64,000 nucleotides of DNA, from NCBI GenBank assembly GCA_963783305.1, contig CAWAMW010000016.1, positions 64,001-128,000 on the forward strand. The letters are read 5' to 3'. The position numbers were made by a program, and so were the translations under genes. Below, in pieces: positions 47,468-54,821 of this stretch (positions within the stretch are counted from its first letter, which is position 1; each line of letters begins with the position of its first letter). The notes beneath the pieces are model-generated. The model was given only the letters and a program-made list of their open reading frames with translations, made no database searches and was not told the DNA's origin. This DNA comes from an uncultured Gemmatimonadales bacterium. Its GTDB lineage: Bacteria > Gemmatimonadota > Gemmatimonadetes > Longimicrobiales > RSA9.

Positions 47468-48610
47468 ATGCCGCCGTATGCCCGCGAGCTCCAGGACTGG
47501 ATCCGCTCCGACCTGTTCGATGCGGTCCCGATGTCCATCAGCGTCATCAGCCGCAACTACCGGATCGTCGAGGCGAATCGGACCTTCGCGGAGTCCTTCG
47601 GCGACTGGCGGGGCAGGGCGTGCTATGAGGTCTACAAGGGGCGGGCCCAGCCGTGCCCTCGCTGTGGGGCGCTGGAGGCGTTCGTGGATGGCCGGTCTCG
47701 CACCCGCGAGGAGTCGGGCGTCGTGCAGGGCGGCCTCGCCATCGACTACCTCGTCCACCTGGTGCCGCTCGTGCGCACCAACGGCGAGATCCCGTACGTC
47801 ATCGAGATGTGCACCGACATCACCGCCGTGAAGCGGCTCGAGCGCGAGAAGCGCGAGGCGGAGCGGCTCGCCGCTGTCGGCGAGACCGTCGCCGGCATCG
47901 CCCACGGGATCAAGAACGTCCTCATGGGCCTGGAAGGCGGCATGTACGCCGTGAACACTGGGATCGCTCGGGGCGACGACCAGCGGATTGCCAGCGGCTG
48001 GGCCACGCTGGAAGAGAACGTCGGCCGCATCTCCGAGTTCGTGAAGGAGTTCCTGGACTTCGCCAAGGGCCGGGAGACCGACGTTCGCCCGGTGGATCCC
48101 GACGCCCCCGCTCGGGCCGTGGCGGAGCTGTTCCGCGATCGAGCGGCGCAGGTTGGCGTCCGGCTCGAAACCCGTCTGGCCGGCGGTCCGCTGTTCCCGC
48201 TGGACGAGGAGGGGGTCCACGCCTGCCTTTCGAACCTCGTCTCGAACGCCATCGACGCGTGTACCATGGCGGACCAGGACGGCCGCGAGTTCGTCATCAC
48301 TCTCGCCTCCCGGGCGGAGGAGGACACGCTGGTCTACGAGGTGGCCGACAACGGGGCGGGCATGGACTACGAAATCAGTCGCAAGGTCTTTTCGAAGTTC
48401 TTCACCACCAAGGGCTCCGACCGGGGCACCGGTCTGGGGCTCCTGACGACCAAGAGGATCGTCCACCAGCACGGCGGACAGATCACGTTCGAGACCCAGG
48501 AGGGCGAGGGATCGGTGTTCCGCATCACGCTGCCCAGGCACCGCACTGGCGAGGCCGCGGATGAGGACCGGACCGGCCCCACTCCCCTCCCGATCCAGGA
48601 GGAGGGGTGA
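47468..48610 (+). CDS. Cytoplasmic PAS histidine kinase
   Basis: PAS with CYE...CPRC; AHGIKN, NLVSNAIDA, DNGAGM, FFTTKG, GTGLGL. Confidence 0.92.
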   Translation: MPPYARELQDWIRSDLFDAVPMSISVISRNYRIVEANRTFAESFGDWRGRACYEVYKGRAQPCPRCGALEAFVDGRSRTREESGVVQGGLAIDYLVHLVPLVRTNGEIPYVIEMCTDITAVKRLEREKREAERLAAVGETVAGIAHGIKNVLMGLEGGMYAVNTGIARGDDQRIASGWATLEENVGRISEFVKEFLDFAKGRETDVRPVDPDAPARAVAELFRDRAAQVGVRLETRLAGGPLFPLDEEGVHACLSNLVSNAIDACTMADQDGREFVITLASRAEEDTLVYEVADNGAGMDYEISRKVFSKFFTTKGSDRGTGLGLLTTKRIVHQHGGQITFETQEGEGSVFRITLPRHRTGEAADEDRTGPTPLPIQEEG

Positions 48611-48614
48611 CCGT

Positions 48615-49163
48615 ATGGTGCGACCGGAAGACAGGACCGTGCTGGTGGTGGACGATGAGCCCAATGTCCGCATCTACCTCGCCCGCATCCTCCAGGACGC
48701 CGGCTTCCGCGTCCGAACCGCCGCCGACGGGTTCGAGGCGCTGGAGATGATCCGCCGCGAGCCGCCGGACTTCATCTCCCTCGACCTGGTCATGCCCCGG
48801 AAGAGCGGCCACAAGCTCCTCTACGAAATGCGAAAGGACCGCACGCTCGCCGACATCCCCGTCCTCATCGTCACGGCCCACGCCCGTGACGAGCTGGGCG
48901 AGGGGGAACTGAGGGAGATCGTGGAGGACCGGGTGATCTCGGGCCCCGGCGTCTATCTCGAGAAGCCCGTCCGGCCGCTGGACTACGTGCGGGCGGTGCA
49001 GCGGGCGGTGGGCGTCACCGAGACGCTCGCGGACGACGACCGGGTCGCGCTCCAGGAAGAGCTGCGAGACGCGCTGCCGGCCGCCGAGCCGCACGCGCTC
49101 CGTCGGGCGCTGGAAGCGCTGAGGAAGGCCCCCGCGGGCGGCGGGGACTCTCCGGATCATTAG
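48615..49163 (+). CDS. Response regulator (receiver plus short tail)
   Basis: VLVVDDEP, LDLVMPRKSG, IVTAH, EKP. Confidence 0.9.
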   Translation: MVRPEDRTVLVVDDEPNVRIYLARILQDAGFRVRTAADGFEALEMIRREPPDFISLDLVMPRKSGHKLLYEMRKDRTLADIPVLIVTAHARDELGEGELREIVEDRVISGPGVYLEKPVRPLDYVRAVQRAVGVTETLADDDRVALQEELRDALPAAEPHALRRALEALRKAPAGGGDSPDH

Positions 49164-49189
49164 ACCGCCCGGAAGTGGGAGACCGGAGC

Positions 49190-49609
49190 ATGCCGAGTCA
49201 GGTGGGTATGAGGAAGATCCTCATCGTGGATGACGAGCCCGCGGTGGTCAGCTATCTGGAGATGCTGCTCCAGGACCACGGCTACGCCACCGTAACCGCC
49301 GACGACGGGGAGTCGGCCATGGAGGAGGTGCGGAAGGAGCACCCGGACCTGGTGACGCTGGACATCTCCATGCCAACAGCCAGCGGGACCCGGTTCTACA
49401 AGGCGCTCAAGACGGACCCGGTGCTCGCGAGCACCCCCGTCCTGATCGTCACCGCGGTGACGGGCTACGGCGGGGACCCGTACGGCTACGAGAAATTCAT
49501 CAGCCGCAGCCGGCTCGTGCCGCCGCCGGAGGGGTTCTTCCCCAAGCCCATCGACCGCACCCGCTTCCTCGAGGAGGTGGACCGGCTCCTGCTCCACGCA
49601 GGGGTCTGA
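49190..49609 (+). CDS. Single-domain response regulator (Rrf1/DivK-like)
   Basis: ILIVDDEP, LDISMPTASG, IVTAV, PKP; start may instead be 49208. Confidence 0.88.
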   Translation: MPSQVGMRKILIVDDEPAVVSYLEMLLQDHGYATVTADDGESAMEEVRKEHPDLVTLDISMPTASGTRFYKALKTDPVLASTPVLIVTAVTGYGGDPYGYEKFISRSRLVPPPEGFFPKPIDRTRFLEEVDRLLLHAGV

Positions 49610-49623
49610 GCCCGACGCCGGGG

Positions 49624-50211
49624 TCAGTCCTCGACCCCGGTCTCCAGCTCCTCATCAGCGAACTCGACGTACACGGTCTCGCCGAACCGGCGGCCGTTCT
49701 TCTCGTCGTGCCGCATGAACTCCGGCGGGTCGATGCGGATCCGGAGCGTGTACTCGCCGTCGCCCGGGATCTGCCAGTTCCGGCCGTAGTGGAAGAGCCA
49801 CGGGTGCCAGAGGAACGGCATGGTCTCCGTGCCCACTTCCTCGCCGTGCTCGTCCAGCAGCGTGAGCTCCACGTTCAGCCCCGGGATGAAGCGGTTGTCC
49901 GCCGCGTCCCGCACGCTGATCTCGATATGGATGTTGCCCTCCGGCTCGTGCCACTCCAGCTCGCCGTCCCTGAGCCGGTACATCCCCTCCGCCTCCTCGT
50001 GGGCGATGGCGACGATGTAGTCGCCCGCGTGCTGCTGCGCGCCGGCGTCGGCCACGTTCTCCACCATGTGCTCCAGCGCCTCCACGTACGCCGAGCCCTG
50101 GGCCCGCGCCAGGTCCAGCTCTTCCGGCTCCGCCTCGTCGCTCTCCTCCATGGGCGGATCGGTCGGGCGCGTCGGGGTGCTCCAGCGGTGGTCCTGCTCC
50201 TGCTCTGACAT
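49624..50211 (-). CDS. Iron-transport (P19/Tpd-like) family protein
   Basis: EEAEGMY, HIEISVRD, FIPGL, MPFLWHP..HYGRN, FMRHD. Confidence 0.7.
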   Translation of the reverse strand: MSEQEQDHRWSTPTRPTDPPMEESDEAEPEELDLARAQGSAYVEALEHMVENVADAGAQQHAGDYIVAIAHEEAEGMYRLRDGELEWHEPEGNIHIEISVRDAADNRFIPGLNVELTLLDEHGEEVGTETMPFLWHPWLFHYGRNWQIPGDGEYTLRIRIDPPEFMRHDEKNGRRFGETVYVEFADEELETGVED

Positions 50212-50255
50212 CGTTCTCCTCGCTCGTTCGAACTCGCGCGTTCCCGCGTCTCGGT

Positions 50256-51215
50256 TCACACGAGCGGGCGCAGGTGCCGTGCCGCGAGCCGCAGCGCTGT
50301 GCCCCAGGGGTCGCGTACCACCACTCCCTTCCCGGACCGGTGCACCTCGTGCCCGGCGGATTCCAGGCGCCCGGACGCCGCCACCACGTCGGAGGGGGTG
50401 GGGAGGAGCAGCTCCCACTCCAGCAGCCTGGCCTCGTCCGCGCCCGCCGCCGCCGCATCGGCCGCCCACGTGTTCACCCCCAGGTGGTGGTGGTACCCGC
50501 CCGCCGAGAGGAACAACGCCCCAGGGTAGCTCCACACGACCCGGTCCAGCCCGAGCGCGTCGTGATAGAACGCCGACGCCGCCTCCAGCTCACCCACGCG
50601 CAGGTGGACGTGGCCGATCCTCGCCCCCGCCGGCATGCCGCGCCACCGCGCGTCTGCAGCGGCCCGGACCAGCGCGCCGGTGTCCAGGGGCTCCGTCGTC
50701 ATCACGATCTGTCCGTCCCGCTCCCGCCACTCGGCGCGGGGTCGGTCGGCGTAGACCTCGATGGCCAGCCCGTCCGGGTCCTGCAGGTACAGCGCCTCGC
50801 TTACCAGGTGGTCCGATGACCCCGCCGGCTCGCCCATAGCCGCCAGATGACGGACGAACGCACCCAGGCTCGTCCGGTCTGGAAGCAGCACGGCGAAATG
50901 GAACAGCCCGAGCCGTCCCTGGCGCGGCGCCCGAGCCGCCCCCGGCCGCTCGATCAGCTCGACCAGCGACGCGCTCCGAGTCGCGTCTTCGTCTGCCTCG
51001 GCCGCGCCCGCTGCCTCGGCCGCGCCCGTCTCGCCCGCACCCAGCGCGGCGCGCCCCTCACCGCGACTCAGCACCCGGAGTCCCAGGACCCGCCCGTAGT
51101 AGACGATCGATCGCTCCAGGTCCGCCACCTGGAGGCGCACGCGTCCGGGCCGCGTGGCGGCAGGGAGCCGGGCTCCCGGTGTGGGCTGTGCGATACCGCG
51201 GTCCTCGTCGGTCAT
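50256..51215 (-). CDS. VOC/glyoxalase-family protein (CatE-like)
   Basis: GLFHFAVLLP, SDHLVSEALYLQDPDG, IGHVHL, GGYHHHLGVNTW. Confidence 0.9.
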   Translation of the reverse strand: MTDEDRGIAQPTPGARLPAATRPGRVRLQVADLERSIVYYGRVLGLRVLSRGEGRAALGAGETGAAEAAGAAEADEDATRSASLVELIERPGAARAPRQGRLGLFHFAVLLPDRTSLGAFVRHLAAMGEPAGSSDHLVSEALYLQDPDGLAIEVYADRPRAEWRERDGQIVMTTEPLDTGALVRAAADARWRGMPAGARIGHVHLRVGELEAASAFYHDALGLDRVVWSYPGALFLSAGGYHHHLGVNTWAADAAAAGADEARLLEWELLLPTPSDVVAASGRLESAGHEVHRSGKGVVVRDPWGTALRLAARHLRPLV

Positions 51216-51300
51216 GATATCCTCCCCGGCCCCAGGCCATGGCGCCGGCGCGCTCCGGATGTTCGATTGAGGCGGAGCCTCATGACGACCGGAGGTGGTG

Positions 51301-51756
51301 ATGGAGCGACCAACCAGGATCGTGCTGGCCGTGCGCGTCGGCCATGCCTCCCAGGCCCCCGCCCGGAAGGCGGCCTGGCTCGCCGAGCGGCTGGGAGCGG
51401 AACTGACGCTCGTCTACGTCTCACCCGAGCTCCGGACCGTCGCGGAGGTGGCGGTCGGCGCCGGGATCGACGAGGCGGACGTGCGCGCGGGCATGATCCG
51501 GCAGGCCACCGCTCGCGCCCGCACATGGGGTGACGAGGCACTCCGCGGCATGCCGTTCGATGTGGTGATCGAGGACGGTGTGGTGGCGAAGCGGATTGCC
51601 GCGGTGGCGGCGGAGCTCGAGGCCGACCTCATCGTCGCCGGGAGCGAGGCACACGGCGCTCTCCATGGCATGATCCTCGGCGACACGACGCGCGCGATCC
51701 TGCGCTGCACGCCGTGCCCCGTGGTCGTGGTACCGCCGCTGCCCGAGCGCGACTGA
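51301..51756 (+). CDS. Universal stress protein
   Basis: ADLIVAGS, LGDTTRAILRCTPCPVVVVP. Confidence 0.9.
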   Translation: MERPTRIVLAVRVGHASQAPARKAAWLAERLGAELTLVYVSPELRTVAEVAVGAGIDEADVRAGMIRQATARARTWGDEALRGMPFDVVIEDGVVAKRIAAVAAELEADLIVAGSEAHGALHGMILGDTTRAILRCTPCPVVVVPPLPERD

Positions 51757-51798
51757 CTCCCGCGAGCGACCCTCCTCCCGCGAGCGACCTTCTCGTCG

Positions 51799-52386
51799 TC
51801 AGCCGCCCTGGCCGATCGTCGCCGCCAGCTCCGCGTCCAGCGCACGCGCCCGCTCGATCAGCGTCCCAACCTCAGGATCGATCTCCTCCATCCTCTCGAG
51901 GAGCGTCGCCTCGAACGCCTCCACGCGCGGCGCGATGGCCGGACTCTCCAGTACGGCCGCCTGCGTCGCCTGGAGCTGCTGTTCGATGGCCCGCGCCTCC
52001 ATGACGATCTCCGTCATCGCTTGCTCGTCCTGCGACGACTGGGCCGCCTGACCCCGCTCCATCAACGCCTCCAGGCGCTCCATCCGCTCCGGCGTCTCCG
52101 GGTCCACCTCCACCATGGCCGCCTGGATGTCCTCGCTCAGCGACTCCTGCAACGCCTGCACTTCCGCGTCCTGCATCGCCTGCTGGTGCACCGGCTGGAG
52201 ACGCGCCTGGATCGTTTGAAGCTCCGCCACCTTCGCCCGTGCTTCCGGCGGCAGCTGCATCGGGGCCGCCTCTGGCGCGGGCGCGCTCTGGGGGGCGGGC
52301 GACTCCTGCGCCACGAGCGCCCCCGGCGCCAGCACGAGCAGGGCGGGGATGAGAACGGTCTGGACAAGGCTCTTCTTCACGGACAT
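51799..52386 (-). CDS. Hypothetical secreted helical protein
   Basis: Signal peptide MSVKKSLVQTVLIPALLVLAPGALVAQ; Gln/Glu-rich body. Confidence 0.7.
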   Translation of the reverse strand: MSVKKSLVQTVLIPALLVLAPGALVAQESPAPQSAPAPEAAPMQLPPEARAKVAELQTIQARLQPVHQQAMQDAEVQALQESLSEDIQAAMVEVDPETPERMERLEALMERGQAAQSSQDEQAMTEIVMEARAIEQQLQATQAAVLESPAIAPRVEAFEATLLERMEEIDPEVGTLIERARALDAELAATIGQGG

Positions 52387-52527
52387 CTCCTGCGGCGTTG
52401 GTTCCGAGCCGCGCCTCCCGCGGCCCGGCTGCTCTTCCTCGAACCCCGCCGGCGCCCCGCTGTTCCGATCGCCGGCCCCCCACCCGCGGACGCATGGCGC
52501 GGAGCAGCGGTCCCTCCCATCCTCCTG

Positions 52528-52569
52528 TCCGTGCTCCGTGTTCTGGGATCCGCGTTCCGTATTCCGTAT
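52528..52569. repeat. Six degenerate tandem heptamers (TCCGTRY-like)
   Basis: tccgtgc tccgtgt tctggga tccgcgt tccgtat tccgtat in a divergent intergenic region. Confidence 0.65.
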
Positions 52570-52603
52570 CTTGTGCTGGAGCACCCCTCGATCCCCGAAT
52601 GCC

Positions 52604-54256
52604 ATGTACGACTCCGACGTGATCATCGTGGGCGCCGGCCTCGCCGGGCTCGCAGCCGCCGTGGAGCTGACGGACGCCGGTCGGCGCGTGGTGGTGGTCG
52701 ACCAGGAGCCGGAACAGGCGCTGGGCGGACAGGCCTTCTGGTCCTTCGGTGGCCTCTTCCTCGTGGATTCTCCCGAGCAGCGCCGGATGGGCATCCGCGA
52801 CTCCCTCGACCTCGCCTGGCAGGACTGGCGCGGAACGGCGGCGTTCGACCGCCCCGAGGACGTCTGGCCGCGCCGCTGGGCACGGGCGTACGTGGAGTTC
52901 GCGGCGGGTGAGAAGCGCGCCTGGCTCAGGGAGATGGGGGTCCGTTTCTTCCCGGTGGTGGGATGGGCCGAGCGCGGCGGTCACCTGGCGACGGGGCACG
53001 GCAACTCGGTGCCACGATTCCACATCGTCTGGGGGACGGGGCCCGGACTCCTGGAGCCCTTCGTGGATCGCGCCCGGCGCGCCGAAGCCGACGGGCTACT
53101 GACCTTTCGCTTCCGCCACCGCGTCACCGGTCTGGAGACCACCGACGGCGTGGTCGACGGCGTCACCGGCGATGTCCTGGCGCCGTCGGACGCACCCCGC
53201 GGGATGGCCAGTTCTCGTGAGGTGGTCGAGCCGTTCCTCCTGCGAGCGGGCGCGGTCGTGGTCACCTCCGGCGGGATCGGCGCCAATTTCGACCTGGTCC
53301 GAAGGAACTGGCCCGAGCGCATGGGCCCGCCCCCCTCGCGCCTGCTCGCCGGTGTCCCCGACCACGTGGACGGACGGATGCTCGCCGTGGCCGCCGCCGC
53401 CGGCGGCCGGGTCATCAACCCCGACCGCATGTGGCACTACACAGAAGGTGTGGAGAACTGGAGCCCCATCTGGAGCCGCCACGGCATCCGCATTCTCCCG
53501 GGCCCCTCCTCGATCTGGCTCGATGCCACCGGCGGACGACTCCCCGTCCCGTGCCTCCCCGGCTTCGACACGCTCGGCACGCTCGAGCACATCATGCGCA
53601 CCGGCCACCACTATTCGTGGTTCGTGCTGAACCAGCGCATCATCGAGAAGGAGTTCGCCCTCTCCGGCTCCGAGCAGAACCCCGACCTCACCGGCCGCTC
53701 CATCATGGGTGTCCTCTCTCGCCTGAGGCCGGGAGCCCCGGCACCCGTCGAAGCGTTCAAGGAGAAGGGTCCGGATTTCGTCGTCGCCGCCGACCTCGAG
53801 ACCCTCGTCGCGGGCATGAACGGCATCACCGACGAGCCGCTCCTCGACCTCGAGCGCGTCCGCCACGAGGTCGAAGCCCGTGACCGCGACCTCGACAACC
53901 CGTTCGGCAAGGACCTCCAGATCGCCGCCATCCGCTCCGCGCGCGGCTACCGCGGCGACCGGCTCATCCGCGTCGCGCCACCCCACCGGATCCTGGACCC
54001 GAAGGCGGGCCCACTCATCGGCGTCCGGCTGAACATCCTCACCCGCAAGACCCTCGGCGGCCTCGAGACCGACCTGTCCGCCCGTGTGCTCCGCGACGGC
54101 TCCGACCCCGTGCCCGGCCTCTGGGCCGCCGGCGAGGTGGCGGGTTTCGGCGGCGGTGGCATGCACGGGTATCGCTCCCTCGAGGGCAGTTTCCTCGGAG
54201 GGTGCCTCTTTTCCGGTCGCACGGCCGGCCGGGCGCTCGCGCGCGAGCTGACATAG
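52604..54256 (+). CDS. FAD-binding dehydrogenase (KsdD-like/COG3573 family)
   Basis: VIIVGAGLAGL, GGQAFWSFGGLF, HGNSVPRFHIVWGTG, HGYRSLEGSFLGGC. Confidence 0.9.
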   Translation: MYDSDVIIVGAGLAGLAAAVELTDAGRRVVVVDQEPEQALGGQAFWSFGGLFLVDSPEQRRMGIRDSLDLAWQDWRGTAAFDRPEDVWPRRWARAYVEFAAGEKRAWLREMGVRFFPVVGWAERGGHLATGHGNSVPRFHIVWGTGPGLLEPFVDRARRAEADGLLTFRFRHRVTGLETTDGVVDGVTGDVLAPSDAPRGMASSREVVEPFLLRAGAVVVTSGGIGANFDLVRRNWPERMGPPPSRLLAGVPDHVDGRMLAVAAAAGGRVINPDRMWHYTEGVENWSPIWSRHGIRILPGPSSIWLDATGGRLPVPCLPGFDTLGTLEHIMRTGHHYSWFVLNQRIIEKEFALSGSEQNPDLTGRSIMGVLSRLRPGAPAPVEAFKEKGPDFVVAADLETLVAGMNGITDEPLLDLERVRHEVEARDRDLDNPFGKDLQIAAIRSARGYRGDRLIRVAPPHRILDPKAGPLIGVRLNILTRKTLGGLETDLSARVLRDGSDPVPGLWAAGEVAGFGGGGMHGYRSLEGSFLGGCLFSGRTAGRALARELT

Positions 54257-54369
54257 GGACCGCTGGTTCGGGACCCCACGCGGGACCCGGCACGAGTTAA
54301 GGCTGGCGTAGCGGTTGCAGGTGGGGAACCGCGCACGACGAACCCGAGCCCACAACGGAGGAAACACCC

Positions 54370-54771
54370 ATGGATCGCCTGAAGAAGATGTTCCAGTCGC
54401 ACCCCAACCCCGCCAGCGACGCCGGCGATGCGGCGTTCGCGCTGGTCACCGCCGCCGCGGAGTGCGCCTACGTCTGCACCACCTGCGCCAATGCGTGCAC
54501 CGAGGAGGACGATCCTTCCAGGCTGAGCGCGTGCATCCGCACGAACCTCGACTGCGCCGACATCTCGCACACCACCGCGCGGCTGATCTCGCGACCGGGT
54601 GAGCAGGAGCCGGCGCTGCTCCGCGCCCAGCTCGACGCCTGCGCCACCGCCTGCCGCGCCTGCGCCGACGAGTGCGACAAGCACGATCACGAACACTGCC
54701 GGATCTGCGCCGAGTCGTGCCGCGCCTGCGCCGACGCGTGCGACGCCATGAAGAAGGCGCTGGTCGCCTGA
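54370..54771 (+). CDS. Four-helix-bundle copper storage protein (Csp3/DUF326)
   Basis: Repeated CxxxCxxC motifs, LDCADI, CADECDKHDHEHCRICAESC; no signal peptide. Confidence 0.9.
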   Translation: MDRLKKMFQSHPNPASDAGDAAFALVTAAAECAYVCTTCANACTEEDDPSRLSACIRTNLDCADISHTTARLISRPGEQEPALLRAQLDACATACRACADECDKHDHEHCRICAESCRACADACDAMKKALVA

Positions 54772-54821
54772 CACCGGGGGCATCCGCCGGAGGGGCCGCG
54801 GGCGCGGTGGAGCGGTAGTGG

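Noticed and set aside
50256..51215. CatE-like gene as evidence of aromatic degradation
   Set aside because: The VOC family is broad and no ring-cleavage pathway genes are nearby.
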